Source of the DNA: a virus
Length of the DNA: 64,000 nucleotides
Virus record (IMG/VR): IMGVR_UViG_3300020274_000001
Span: 1-64,000 of that record
Reading direction: 5' to 3' (one strand)
The notes below the pieces were generated by a model. That model was not told the DNA's origin. It saw only the letters and a list, made by a program, of their open reading frames with translations, and did no database searches. This document shows, piece by piece, positions 1 through 9,908 of the stretch. The position numbers were made by a program, and so were the translations under genes. Numbering within the stretch: position 1 is the first letter of the stretch; every line of letters begins with the position of its first letter.

Positions 1-2
1 CC

Positions 3-779
3 ACACGGCGGCGCAAGTCACCAAAGCGGCGGACCACACGGCGGCGGAAGACAACCCGGCGGCGGAAGTCACCAAAGCGGCGGACCACACGGCGGCGGAA
101 GACAACTCGCCGGCGGAAGTCACCAAAGCGGCGGCGGTCCACCAAGCGGCGAACCACTCGGCGGCGGCGGTCCCCAGCACGGCGGCGGCGTGTCTCACGG
201 CGGCGCACTGTTTCACGGCGGCGGTCAAGCGGTGGCTCCCGGAAATTCAACTTCAAGAACGTTAGCAAATTCGTAACCGACAACATGACCGGTCTCGAAG
301 CAATCGGTGCTGTGAGCATCGGTCTTGTAAGCGGTCTAATGCTACCCGGCTACGTCCAGACAGGACTTGCTAAGTTGGGAGTAGGTTCCAAATACACAGG
401 CTGGATGACCACTGGATACACCAAGTATCTGGCTGGTGCGGCTACAACATCTGTTGCGGCATTCGCTCTATACAGCATGAAGGCTATCAACTTGCAGACT
501 GCATCCGCAATCGCTATTGCTGGAAGCGCAATCAACGCAATGAACCTACTTGCTAACCACGGCCCACTATCCAAATACGTCCCAACTCTATCCGTCAGCA
601 GTTCGTTGAGCGGATTCGGCGGATACGGATACCTTGGCAACCACAACGCTATGCATGGCGGACATGACATGGTAGGAATGGGCGCAATGGACGACGACGG
701 AATGTTCGGCGTCCACCAAGGATACGGTAACTCGAACAGTAACATGTTCGGTGCTGGCCGAGAGATGAACTTCTACTGA
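3..779 (+). CDS. 5'-truncated protein: protamine/sperm-histone-like Arg-rich N-terminus fused to a hydrophobic membrane domain (putative virion DNA-condensing protein)
   Basis: Frame 3 is open from base 3 into the 285 ATG: TRRRKSPKRRTTRRRKTTRRRKSPKRR...SRRRSSGGSRKFNFKNVSKFVTDNM. Downstream part has 2-3 hydrophobic segments and a Gly/Met-rich tail. Confidence 0.8.
   Translation, partial: TRRRKSPKRRTTRRRKTTRRRKSPKRRTTRRRKTTRRRKSPKRRRSTKRRTTRRRRSPARRRRVSRRRTVSRRRSSGGSRKFNFKNVSKFVTDNMTGLEAIGAVSIGLVSGLMLPGYVQTGLAKLGVGSKYTGWMTTGYTKYLAGAATTSVAAFALYSMKAINLQTASAIAIAGSAINAMNLLANHGPLSKYVPTLSVSSSLSGFGGYGYLGNHNAMHGGHDMVGMGAMDDDGMFGVHQGYGNSNSNMFGAGREMNFY
15..135 (+). repeat. 51-nt coding tandem repeat (17 aa, KSPKRRTTRRRKTTRRR)
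   Basis: AAGTCACCAAAGCGGCGG starts at 15, 66 and 117. Confidence 0.9.
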
Positions 780-833
780 AGTCAACCTGCACTCCACCGG
801 TAATCCGGGGGTAGGTTTACCTACCTGCCCCCG

Positions 834-1046
834 GTGTCCTATGGTGGATACGGGGTGGTATACGTGAAGACAGGCGCAAGCATCGGATGGCACGCAGGTG
901 TCGGATTGGTCTCTGCCGGTTTGTTTATGCTCGTAACTAAGCGAGGATATTCAGATGTCAAAGGCAAAGATACATGGAGCACCCTGCTACTACCAGCCGC
1001 CGCAGGCGGCATTGTTGGATATGCACGAACACGGAATGACGCTTAA
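834..1046 (+). CDS. small two-TM membrane protein (putative virion)
   Basis: Two hydrophobic Gly/Ala-rich segments; GTG start. Confidence 0.6.
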   Translation: MSYGGYGVVYVKTGASIGWHAGVGLVSAGLFMLVTKRGYSDVKGKDTWSTLLLPAAAGGIVGYARTRNDA

Positions 1047-1293
1047 CCTTCGATAGTCTCGAGGATTGGGATGCCACACGTCCGGCACCAGCCGGTAGAA
1101 TGGCATACGTCGCCCACTAATGGGCCGCATACGGTGCACAACAACTTGGGTTGCGATACTCGATGTAGTGCTTTCTGCACGTTATAGCGTAAGCGATAGT
1201 TGGATTTATACACTTCTACTAATTGTGTATAAATGAGAATTGCCTCGCACTTTCAATTCTCATTTGATAAAACACATGTTTCCACGTATGGAT

Positions 1294-1482
1294 TCAAAAC
1301 TCGTTTAGTCGCTTCTTAGAAGGTTCAACCAATTGTCCTGTGACTCTCATCTTAGCAGATACACGCACGTAATTTGCTACTGTCTCACCACGACGTTCTG
1401 CTTCTGCTTGTAGCAAAAGAAATAACTCGTGGTCTACACGCACACCTATGGTATGGGTCTTCCGTGAGTTGCCCTCTGCCAT
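1294..1482 (-). CDS. ribbon-helix-helix DNA-binding protein
   Basis: THTIGVRVD beta-ribbon followed by two helices (..AERRGETVANYVR); divergent from the capsid operon. Confidence 0.75.
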   Translation of the reverse strand: MAEGNSRKTHTIGVRVDHELFLLLQAEAERRGETVANYVRVSAKMRVTGQLVEPSKKRLNEF

Positions 1483-1646
1483 GTCCTGTGATTCTTCGTA
1501 TTGGTTATGAGGCTACCGCTATGATTAACTTTGTTTAACAAATGTTCTCAAACGTATTCGTTTTCGAGCACTCCTTCATATACTACAATACCTACCCGGA
1601 ACCAGCCCACACAATTGGGCCACTAAAAAACAGGAGATGAAAAAAA

Positions 1647-2261
1647 ATGGAACTTAGACCATACTACGACAGACCAACTGCGGTAATCAGTGATTACCTT
1701 GCACGAATAGACCAAAAAGTGCGGGCAAACTACCCACACTGGGGTTACGAAAACAAAGGTGTTTGGCCAAAAGGCGAATACGGAAAAGGTATTCTACGGG
1801 CTGACCAATTTTCCCTATTGGGAACATTTGGACAGTGGCTTATCCCTTCCTCTGGAGCAAACGGCAACTCAACAACAATTGCTGTTGATTCCTTCGGATG
1901 GGCACAAAGAACACTTGACTTCAAAACTCTGGAAGAATTCTACTACCTATTGATGGGAATTCAATACCCAGTTACCCCTCTTTTGATTACAGAGCACCAA
2001 TGGCGGATTTCCGGTATTGAGACCCCTGTTATCGACCAACAAATCTTCGAGGTCCTTGAAGAACCATTTGTATGGTATGAAGAGCCTATTGTCATCGAAC
2101 CAGAGAAGACTGTCGTCTGTGCTCACCGGGTCGTTGGTGGACTTTCCAACTTCGGAAACGGAACCATCGCTGGTGGAGAAAAGTGGCGTATCATCGGTTC
2201 AGTGGTAGGACAGCATCACGAGTTGATTCAGCAACGGCAATCCATCGGAGAATTGTCCTGA
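1647..2261 (+). CDS. putative major capsid protein (single jelly-roll type)
   Basis: 204 aa, beta-rich; PFVWYEEPIVIEPEKT segment resembles my recollection of sphaerolipovirus-type SJR capsid proteins; strong RBS AGGAGA; first gene of the structural operon. Fold is inferred. Confidence 0.55.
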   Translation: MELRPYYDRPTAVISDYLARIDQKVRANYPHWGYENKGVWPKGEYGKGILRADQFSLLGTFGQWLIPSSGANGNSTTIAVDSFGWAQRTLDFKTLEEFYYLLMGIQYPVTPLLITEHQWRISGIETPVIDQQIFEVLEEPFVWYEEPIVIEPEKTVVCAHRVVGGLSNFGNGTIAGGEKWRIIGSVVGQHHELIQQRQSIGELS

Positions 2262-2295
2262 GCACCCTTGGTGACTCTTTTAGGAGGTATCAAAT

Positions 2296-3027
2296 ATGGG
2301 AGTATTAGGAGGACTGGATGTTGGCTTCGGTGCTAACATGCAAATTGTCCGGACAAACTACCTTGTTGTAAACACTTCAGCACAGGCAACTACTGCTGAA
2401 ATGGCCAGATTCTTGGCTCTTTACAACACACAAGCCACACAAAACGTTAACGGAAACAGTGGCCTTACTTGCGACTACGTCATGTCAGAGAGCCACCCGC
2501 CATCTGACGCCGCAACAAAGACCGACCCAAGCGTTATCGAAACAATCACTGGAGCGGCTGTTCCTGTTGCAAACGCACACGCTAACGCCAACCAACCCGG
2601 ATACAACGTAATCGCTGTTCTATCGGTTGGTGCGGCTACGCTTACCGCTAACGGACAGACGGGAACTGCTGTTGCTTCTGCACTAAACGCAAACGCTGAC
2701 TTCGCTAACAGTGACCTTTTGGCAAGCCTTGCCGGCGACGAAGATGGAGCAGACAACGTCCTATCCACCTTCGCAGACAACGTGAACAAAGGTGAAATCG
2801 CTACTGTGAACATCTCGGAATTGATAGGCGACATTACCACCCTAATGGATGCTGGTGGTGCAAAAGTTGCTGTTCTTGCAGGTGCTACACAACTAAGTGA
2901 TAGTGGATTCGTTGAGAAAGGAAACGCCTCTGGAGCGGCTCCTGTCAATTTCAGCCAACTATCAGTGGCTAACACATCTATCGCAGTTGTAAGCGTTGTT
3001 ACCCTAATGGGAACAGGCTTCGCTTGA
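2296..3027 (+). CDS. Ala/Asn/Thr-rich structural protein
   Basis: RBS AGGAGGT; position in capsid operon; composition. Confidence 0.6.
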   Translation: MGVLGGLDVGFGANMQIVRTNYLVVNTSAQATTAEMARFLALYNTQATQNVNGNSGLTCDYVMSESHPPSDAATKTDPSVIETITGAAVPVANAHANANQPGYNVIAVLSVGAATLTANGQTGTAVASALNANADFANSDLLASLAGDEDGADNVLSTFADNVNKGEIATVNISELIGDITTLMDAGGAKVAVLAGATQLSDSGFVEKGNASGAAPVNFSQLSVANTSIAVVSVVTLMGTGFA

Positions 3028-3203
3028 GCATAGTTGGCTTTAGTCAATGACTCTCCCCTACGGGGGTGTGGCATACAATATAGCGTAAGCCACGCCCCTG
3101 TTTTGGAGAGCACCGTAACGAATACGGTTATAATCGTATTCGCTATCGCATTGACAAGGGCCGACAGCCCAACACCAATAAGAAACAGAACAGGTGATAA
3201 ATT

Positions 3204-4190
3204 ATGGCAAACGCAAACCAATCAGCAAACAGAGCAGGAAATGTCTTCGGTCGAGAGGCCGGAGCCGGCTTCGCCGGGAACGACTGGGAGAACATTGTTC
3301 TCAAACCGGGGTATATTATCAAGGTTAGAGACAGGTTCCACCTTGTAGAAGCAGTCGAGGGACTTACCGTCGACCTCTTCTTTAACGACAGTTTTACTTT
3401 TACTGTCGCAGGTGGAAAGATTGACGCCGCAGACGACGGAAACATGTTACTCCAATACGGAGACGAGTCGATGCAGACGGCGTTAGTCCCTCAAACGACT
3501 ACACCAGTGGGGAACAAAGCATATCCCGATACGAGGGCTAACATTCTAAAGCCTTCATACGACAGTGGTTTCATTGAATTCAAAGACCTTGAACCATACC
3601 GTGGACACTTGTATCACTTGTGTCCTTCGGTCCCGACACAACCGAAATTCATCGACATCGAATCAGGAAATTGGCTTGTCCCAGCAGGTTCGGCCACAGG
3701 TCTTAACCCAGATAACGGAGGAACACCAATGGGATTCAAGGCGTCTGGGACGGCTGAACACAACATGAACGTAGGAACAATATCTCCTAAAGTCTACCTT
3801 CGTCACCCTGCGGGTGTGCCGAAGTGGGTTTTGGATGAGGCACCAGAAGGTTCCAGTGGTTCAGTAAGGGTTTCTTCAACCCTTGAAGGTCTATCCGGAT
3901 TCATTGACGGACAAATCAGTCCTGTCGAAGACCCAGATTGGACATACTCGATATGGATTGAGTCTGGAGAGAACAACCTACCATCGTTCAAAATGGTTAA
4001 CGACACACAAGAAGTCATCATTGATGGCCGCCTGCATTTGCAGGGATGGAAGTATCGTATCGTCGAGTTAGGCATGGACCAATTGAAACAAATCCGTGAC
4101 CGAAGTGGCGGTCGGTTGACTTTCAAGATTGTCACGCCCGGAGGCATTCCAACACCCGGAACCTTGCTCGCTGATTACTTCCCACGTTGA
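3204..4190 (+). CDS. putative structural protein (possible second capsid protein)
   Basis: RBS AGGTGA; beta-rich 328 aa; operon context. Confidence 0.5.
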   Translation: MANANQSANRAGNVFGREAGAGFAGNDWENIVLKPGYIIKVRDRFHLVEAVEGLTVDLFFNDSFTFTVAGGKIDAADDGNMLLQYGDESMQTALVPQTTTPVGNKAYPDTRANILKPSYDSGFIEFKDLEPYRGHLYHLCPSVPTQPKFIDIESGNWLVPAGSATGLNPDNGGTPMGFKASGTAEHNMNVGTISPKVYLRHPAGVPKWVLDEAPEGSSGSVRVSSTLEGLSGFIDGQISPVEDPDWTYSIWIESGENNLPSFKMVNDTQEVIIDGRLHLQGWKYRIVELGMDQLKQIRDRSGGRLTFKIVTPGGIPTPGTLLADYFPR

Positions 4191-4226
4191 GGAAGAAAGA
4201 AGTAGAGAAAGGGTATGGGATGATTC

Positions 4227-5717
4227 ATGCAGGCAAATCGAGGGTCCGGTAACTTCACCACAGATGGCACACCTATTGCTGTCCCCGGAACAGGCACATT
4301 GGGCATTCCAACAGTCTTTTCTGGTGCTGTTAGAGAGCAACGCAGTAGAGATGCATTGTTCCGTCCAGACGAGCGATTGATTATAACCGAATTCAGCAAC
4401 TTAACTATTGACACAGGAACGAATTTTGAAGTTATCGATATATCTGAAGCAGGAGAATTGCACAGTATTGTGATTGTATCTGACAATCCATACTTGCAAG
4501 TATTCTTACAGATTGATGACTTTAGAAACGCGGAACCTCATGGATTGAGTGTTGCCGAGTTACTCTTCAATGGAGATGTGACACAAACGTCTCAACGAAG
4601 ATTCAAAGCCATCGATGGTCAATCTCCAACAGTCGGATATGCTATGGTGTTTGAACCAATGAAGCCTGTCCAATACACAGACAGGTTGAGGATTATCGTT
4701 TACAACAACGTTCCTAAAAATAATAATGTGTATGGTAAAGATTTGAATTTCCGTAATTCTGCTACACTACCAACACCGGCGGCACCAGCCCACATGGCTG
4801 GTGGGACATTTGAACAGTCATCTCTGGCATCTGTGCCTCTTAGACAGATAGCCCAAGCAATGGCGACCCCTGTTGGTTCACCAGCGTATTATTCCGGAAA
4901 GGTATACAATACGGCGGCTCTAAGTGGCCAACTTCTTTCTGGAATGAAATTAGGAACCGACCATCCTTATGTCGGTATTGCTGGTAGACCGAATTTCCAA
5001 TCTGACCCGTCATGCACAACCATACCAAAGGAGAAGGTAGGAGCCTCACACAGAGACGCCCCCTACCGGCTCACAGTAAGAGATGACGCAGAGAGATTTC
5101 CGGGAACCCCCGAATCATCATCTTCAATGGTTTTGGATATCGTTTGCCAAGTTGGAGAGTCTGGTGTATTGAATGGAAGCAATGGTGCTACCGGTGCAGG
5201 CGGACCGAAACTTGATGATGCGGCATATACTTCTCACTTGGGTTTTGGAGTTGCTTTCAACGGGGCCGGTAACAACATTACTTTCGATGTTACATCACCA
5301 AATTACCCTATCGGTAAGAGGATGTATTATCGGGTCGGTGGTCAAGTAGCAATGCTCGGAGTATGCACCGCAGTTAGCCTAACGTTTGACAACGAAGGAA
5401 CCAACGAATTGGTTGGAACCGGTTTTGAAGATTCCGTGATTGGAAAGACTACACAGACTGCGGCTTTAGCGGCAACATCTGGTTCCGATTACAAGGCTCC
5501 CGAATTCCACTTGAAGATTGAACCGGGACTTGCTGGTGCAAGCAACGATTTCGCCACAGAGGTTTCTACGGCGGCTGGGTCACTTACAACTGGACTAACC
5601 AACACAACAGAATTCGCTCGCTGGGGTATTGTTACATCCCAAGCAGACACAAACCCGAAAATTTTCGTGAAGAAAATTGACGTGCGCAGACGCAAAGTAT
5701 ATTCTAAGGAGGGTTGA
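4227..5717 (+). CDS. putative virion protein (vertex/penton-like?)
   Basis: 496 aa, beta-rich, Gly/Thr-rich C-terminal half; operon context. Confidence 0.45.
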   Translation: MQANRGSGNFTTDGTPIAVPGTGTLGIPTVFSGAVREQRSRDALFRPDERLIITEFSNLTIDTGTNFEVIDISEAGELHSIVIVSDNPYLQVFLQIDDFRNAEPHGLSVAELLFNGDVTQTSQRRFKAIDGQSPTVGYAMVFEPMKPVQYTDRLRIIVYNNVPKNNNVYGKDLNFRNSATLPTPAAPAHMAGGTFEQSSLASVPLRQIAQAMATPVGSPAYYSGKVYNTAALSGQLLSGMKLGTDHPYVGIAGRPNFQSDPSCTTIPKEKVGASHRDAPYRLTVRDDAERFPGTPESSSSMVLDIVCQVGESGVLNGSNGATGAGGPKLDDAAYTSHLGFGVAFNGAGNNITFDVTSPNYPIGKRMYYRVGGQVAMLGVCTAVSLTFDNEGTNELVGTGFEDSVIGKTTQTAALAATSGSDYKAPEFHLKIEPGLAGASNDFATEVSTAAGSLTTGLTNTTEFARWGIVTSQADTNPKIFVKKIDVRRRKVYSKEG

Positions 5718-6280
5718 ATTTGGGAATATTGAAGAGAGACAAAGAGAAAAATTTTGGAAACGGACTACTTAATTTCGCTTACAATTATCCTCTTGTCGGT
5801 GTTCTTGTTCTACCCATCTTGTTCGATTGGCCAGCAAAGGCCCTACAAGCGGCTGTAAGGACAGCAAAACATGGCGACCCACGTCTGGGTGCCGCGCCCG
5901 TTGCTTTCGACCTTGAGGACAGTAATGACGGTATGATGGGATTGTCTCTTTTCGGCTCTATCGCTAAACAAGGTGGTCACTTTGACGAGGGGGCACAATT
6001 CCCACCAAGAGGGGACATGTATCGTGACACCACTCATCTTACAAGCCACAAGACGGGGCCAATGTATGGAGAGGCGGGGTTCTACAACGATACTCGCCAC
6101 CTTGCGCCTTCTAAGCCAACACCGGGAGCCTTTTCAGAAGGTTTCCTTGACGCTAAAGGAAAAGGACCAAAGCCAGACAAGCGACCCTCATACGGCAAAG
6201 CAAACCAACAGATGGTAGACATCGTAGGCGGCGGTTCAGTATTCCGTGGTATCTCGGGACTCGGGAGGATTCGAAGATGA
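5714..6280 (+). CDS. membrane-anchored virion protein
   Basis: N-terminal TM (PLVGVLVLPILF); many FG/LG/YG dipeptides. Confidence 0.55.
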   Translation: MNLGILKRDKEKNFGNGLLNFAYNYPLVGVLVLPILFDWPAKALQAAVRTAKHGDPRLGAAPVAFDLEDSNDGMMGLSLFGSIAKQGGHFDEGAQFPPRGDMYRDTTHLTSHKTGPMYGEAGFYNDTRHLAPSKPTPGAFSEGFLDAKGKGPKPDKRPSYGKANQQMVDIVGGGSVFRGISGLGRIRR

Positions 6281-6555
6281 ACCGTAGAGTCCTTCAAAAC
6301 CCCGCATACGGGGCAACACATTCTAACTTCGGATTCGTAACTGTCAATCCTGCTACTGCATCTGGAATGGTATTCGGTGGTGCCGCTCTCGGTGCTCTCG
6401 CTGGAGCCGTCTTCATCGGTAACGACCCTGCTAAGAATGCTATGCTGAAGAGCATGGTATCCCCGGGTGGCGGAGTAATGACGAGTGCGGCTATCGGTGC
6501 CGCTATCGGTGCATTGACTTCATTAGGACTATATTCCTACCAGCAGGGGGCATAA
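6277..6555 (+). CDS. two-TM Gly/Ala-rich membrane protein
   Basis: Glycine-zipper-like GAALGALAG and GAAIGALT segments. Confidence 0.65.
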   Translation: MNRRVLQNPAYGATHSNFGFVTVNPATASGMVFGGAALGALAGAVFIGNDPAKNAMLKSMVSPGGGVMTSAAIGAAIGALTSLGLYSYQQGA

Positions 6556-6557
6556 TC

Positions 6558-6722
6558 TTGAATCTGTCTAACCTCTCTCTGTCTCAAAAATTGACATTAG
6601 GGGTTACAGTAGTATATGTTGCCACATCACTGATTCACGCAAAAGAGGGCCGTAAAGGACTCTCTATGTTATTTGCTGGCTATTCTATCGCCAACATAGG
6701 CGCAATTGCTTTGGAGGGCTAA
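6558..6722 (+). CDS. 54-aa two-TM protein (not in ORF track)
   Basis: TTG start, LNLSNLSLSQKLTLGVTVVYVATSLIHAKEGRKGLSMLFAGYSIANIGAIALEG*; tightly packed with neighbours. Confidence 0.55.
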   Translation: MNLSNLSLSQKLTLGVTVVYVATSLIHAKEGRKGLSMLFAGYSIANIGAIALEG

Positions 6723-6724
6723 AC

Positions 6725-6892
6725 ATGGCTATGAGTGGAGCAGACGGTAAGAGATTCTCTCTACAACAGAATCTTGGTAGTGCTCCCCTCGGAGGTATGT
6801 TGAGACTAAACAAGATACTCCCACCTTTGATTGTGGTAGGAGTAGTAGGCACGGTTGCCTATTTTACAATCAAAAGACTAAGGGGTGAGTAA
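6725..6892 (+). CDS. 55-aa C-terminally anchored membrane protein (not in ORF track)
   Basis: MAMSGADGKRFSLQQNLGSAPLGGMLRLNKILPPLIVVGVVGTVAYFTIKRLRGE*; RBS GGAGG. Confidence 0.65.
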   Translation: MAMSGADGKRFSLQQNLGSAPLGGMLRLNKILPPLIVVGVVGTVAYFTIKRLRGE

Positions 6893-7565
6893 CGTGCCGA
6901 AAGAAACACTACGAGAGAAATTGAGCAACTTTGGAAATGAGGCACCTTTACTATCAATGTTCTATATTGCGGTATTAGGGTTTACTGTCGTAGATGTAAT
7001 GTCCTCATTTAGCCTTCCACGGGGAAGTGGTCCACTCTCACCAAAGGCAAACCTTGGAGCCACCACCTCCACTTCCACTACAACATCCTCTTCTCACCCC
7101 CCTATTGTAAGGGAAAGAATGCAAAGTTACGGCACATCTCTGTCTGGAATGAGCAAGAAGCAAATTGCAGATAAGCATCCTAAAGGAACAAAGAAGAGCC
7201 ACATAGACCGAATGCATCACCACATGAAGAGAGGGGTAGAGTTTGGACCTGCGCACGATTTAGCAACCAAGGAAGGATTCCCTGCCATGGGCAGTATTGG
7301 CTCCCATCATGGACTGGCGCATCATTGCACAGAAGGAGTAGGATTCCATCACGGTGTTGGTGGTAAAGACTCTCGACAACTACCTCCGGGACTAAGGAGA
7401 AGGATGATGACTCGCACCTACGAATCAGAAGTAGCAGGTGCCCATCTTGGAAAGCAAGACCTTTCCACGTCTGACCGTGCACATGACAACGCCATGAAGA
7501 GCATGAGTGGAATGTTCGACCTGCAAGGAATCATGCCAGAATCAGACAGTGGGTGGACCGAGTGA
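6885..7565 (+). CDS. membrane-anchored His/Met-rich virion protein
   Basis: TM at aa 22-40; operon packing. Confidence 0.55.
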   Translation: MSNVPKETLREKLSNFGNEAPLLSMFYIAVLGFTVVDVMSSFSLPRGSGPLSPKANLGATTSTSTTTSSSHPPIVRERMQSYGTSLSGMSKKQIADKHPKGTKKSHIDRMHHHMKRGVEFGPAHDLATKEGFPAMGSIGSHHGLAHHCTEGVGFHHGVGGKDSRQLPPGLRRRMMTRTYESEVAGAHLGKQDLSTSDRAHDNAMKSMSGMFDLQGIMPESDSGWTE

Positions 7566-7798
7566 GTAGGAAATTAGAATTGAAGAAACCCCGAGACCAT
7601 CCTATCAACAGGAATCCTCTAAAGGTCCTTGGCTTTCACGAATTCAACGAAATGGCCATTACTGATGACCGTGTAGAGAAATCTGCCGCACCACTATCAA
7701 AAAGACGTGGCGTGGGCACAATCGTTACCAGAAAGCACGTCGATTATCTGACGATTGCTGTCGCTGGGTTTGCGGCGTGGAAATTTTTACAAGAGTAA
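7562..7798 (+). CDS. small tail-anchored membrane protein
   Basis: C-terminal YLTIAVAGFAAWKFL. Confidence 0.55.
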   Translation: MSRKLELKKPRDHPINRNPLKVLGFHEFNEMAITDDRVEKSAAPLSKRRGVGTIVTRKHVDYLTIAVAGFAAWKFLQE

Positions 7799-7800
7799 AA

Positions 7801-7974
7801 TCATTCCATTCCAACTGATAGTTTGCCGCCCTTAGACAACAACTTCACTTGGTTTGCGAGGTCTTTTACACCCTCTTCGATTTCGTAATCATAAATGACA
7901 CTTGTAATTACCATCTTGATTCCGTCGTATTCAAACTCTGCGCTCACGTTCTTTGTCTTTGCTTCTTTTGCCAT
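7801..7974 (-). CDS. hypothetical protein
   Basis: MAKEAKTKNVSAEFEY... with GGAG RBS; end of a minus-strand operon. Confidence 0.5.
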   Translation of the reverse strand: MAKEAKTKNVSAEFEYDGIKMVITSVIYDYEIEEGVKDLANQVKLLSKGGKLSVGME

Positions 7975-7975
7975 C

Positions 7976-8566
7976 TTATTCATCTCCTTTTTTATTTTTG
8001 TAGAGGTGTCGCTTTCGGGCTCGCTTCTCGTTTTCGCTTGGCACATAATGCAAGGATTTCGGGTCGTTTTTGCCCTCCGCTTCACCTATACGCAAATTGC
8101 GCTTTGATTTATAGGTTTTGGTTTTGAGTTTTGCATTCTTGTCGTATTTTTCGTCGTGGTCTCTCAACCCAACAGCCTGTTCGTTCGACCAACGGATAGC
8201 GTGTTTCTGCCCTTCTGTCTGGTCAAGAGGGCGGGTCAGTCCAATGGTTTCATCCCAAGGATTGCCAAGACAAGGGTTGGTCATTGCTACGTGCGACCAC
8301 TCACAAGACTCGCACTTTACGATAACTTGGTGGGTCCAAGGTTGAGCATCGCCACGGTCAGAAGTTCGACCAAGTTCTACCGCCGTAACGGTGTGATGAA
8401 CACGAATGTCCGTATGCCCACAGTCTGGGCAGAATAGGGGGTTGCCATCATCAGCGAACATTTGTTCACCTTCAAGGTTCAACTTCTTGTTCTTAATGTC
8501 TTCACATATGGGACATACTTTCTTGGAATTCCATTCAGTTGCGTTTATTCTCTCATCAGTCGCCAC
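7976..8566 (-). CDS. Zn-finger protein
   Basis: CPIC, CPDCGH, CESC motifs; basic C-terminus. Confidence 0.6.
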   Translation of the reverse strand: MATDERINATEWNSKKVCPICEDIKNKKLNLEGEQMFADDGNPLFCPDCGHTDIRVHHTVTAVELGRTSDRGDAQPWTHQVIVKCESCEWSHVAMTNPCLGNPWDETIGLTRPLDQTEGQKHAIRWSNEQAVGLRDHDEKYDKNAKLKTKTYKSKRNLRIGEAEGKNDPKSLHYVPSENEKRARKRHLYKNKKGDE

Positions 8567-8780
8567 TTACGGTCACCTCCGGTGGTCTCTGGACCGATTC
8601 AAATAATATTTCTAACAATGCCGTGTTAGCGAGGTATGCAAGAGTTTTGGGGTTTCCACTATACGAGTAACCTGCGCCTGTTCCTTCAGTAAAGGAGGCG
8701 ATTAGAACCTCATGTATGCCTATTTCTGCAAGTTTTTGCTTGCACTCATCCATGATAGCCAAAGCCGCCTCACTCACCAC
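8556..8780 (-). CDS. hypothetical protein
   Basis: Overlaps neighbours; RBS GGAGGT. Confidence 0.5.
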   Translation of the reverse strand: MVSEAALAIMDECKQKLAEIGIHEVLIASFTEGTGAGYSYSGNPKTLAYLANTALLEILFESVQRPPEVTVSGD

Positions 8781-9204
8781 GAGCAGACCTCCTTATCGAT
8801 TCTTTTAGCCCTTCTATGGCCTCATTCATTTCTTTGTTAGGCTCGTCTTCTCCAAACCCATATTCAATCCACCGATTTAGGAACGACTTAATTCGTTGAG
8901 AATTAGGAAGTGGCTCTTTGGTCCATTCTGGGACATCCTTTCTTATCTGCTCGAATGTTTTTTCTCTTATCTCCATCCAGCAAGTGTGACAGCAGACTTT
9001 CGCCTCTACGACCATTTCCCATTTTTTAATTGCTTCAACCCCTTCCTCGTCCTCGTATTTCCGTGGACGGGTCTCTTGCAGATATGCTTCGTATTCTGGC
9101 ATTTCGAGTATATGTGAGCGTGTTCCGGTGCCACATATAATGCACTTCGCATACTTCACGTTCCAGTCTGGTTGGTCTCCCATATTGCCCGTTATGTTTC
9201 GCAT
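8770..9204 (-). CDS. Cys-containing hypothetical protein
   Basis: CIIC and CHTC pairs. Confidence 0.55.
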   Translation of the reverse strand: MRNITGNMGDQPDWNVKYAKCIICGTGTRSHILEMPEYEAYLQETRPRKYEDEEGVEAIKKWEMVVEAKVCCHTCWMEIREKTFEQIRKDVPEWTKEPLPNSQRIKSFLNRWIEYGFGEDEPNKEMNEAIEGLKESIRRSARGE

Positions 9205-9260
9205 CAGACATAAGGGTAGTCAGCGACACTCTCAAGTGCTTTAACATGTTGGGCCTATAC

Positions 9261-9899
9261 ATGTCGAAGGACAGTGGCGTAAAACCGACGTTTCCACACG
9301 TGGCAACAAAAAGCAACTCATCAGCATCAGTGCCCCTCCGAGGGGTAGCGAACTTGAACTCTCCTACTGCAAGACTTGAAGTGTCTGACACCGGTAGAGA
9401 AATATGGGCATATGACCTTCCATATATCCCGTTGAACATCCCACAATTCGCCGATTTCAACAGAACATTATCACTATTCGAACTCATCAAACGACATCAT
9501 ATCGATACATTTGATTCTGACACACAATACCAAGGTTCGACTTTACAGGTCGAGACATTCGACGCTACCGATGTATTGGCCCACCGTGGTTTCCTATTCA
9601 AAGCGGGGATGTCGAACCCCGGCGAAATTTACGTGTCAAATCTGGCGAAACCATACGTCATAGGGGCTTCTTCTGTTTATGCTACCAATTCAATTACTGG
9701 GACCGTGACAGGTTCCCGTATTCTGAAAGACGTTTCGGACCCGACTAACACTGCCTCATACTTGTCTATGGGAGCAAATTCTTACACAGGAATTCCACTA
9801 TTGCCCGGAGAATCTATGTTCTTCGAAATAAACCGGGCATCAGAAGTGTATCTGAACCCAACAGCCGCAGGATGTAAATTACACTGGATGCCAATATGA
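9261..9899 (+). CDS. beta-sandwich virion protein (vertex/spike associated)
   Basis: FLFKA..NPGEIYV...GIPLLPGESMFFEI..SEVYL pattern typical of small viral beta-sandwich domains; precedes the spike genes. Confidence 0.5.
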   Translation: MSKDSGVKPTFPHVATKSNSSASVPLRGVANLNSPTARLEVSDTGREIWAYDLPYIPLNIPQFADFNRTLSLFELIKRHHIDTFDSDTQYQGSTLQVETFDATDVLAHRGFLFKAGMSNPGEIYVSNLAKPYVIGASSVYATNSITGTVTGSRILKDVSDPTNTASYLSMGANSYTGIPLLPGESMFFEINRASEVYLNPTAAGCKLHWMPI

Positions 9900-9908
9900 G
9901 GTGGTCTC

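Noticed and set aside
1-240. Gly-rich reading (GGG/HGGG) or telomere-like noncoding repeat
   Set aside because: The Gly-rich frame (frame 1) ends at TAA 274-276, while the Arg frame continues in frame into the 285 ORF.
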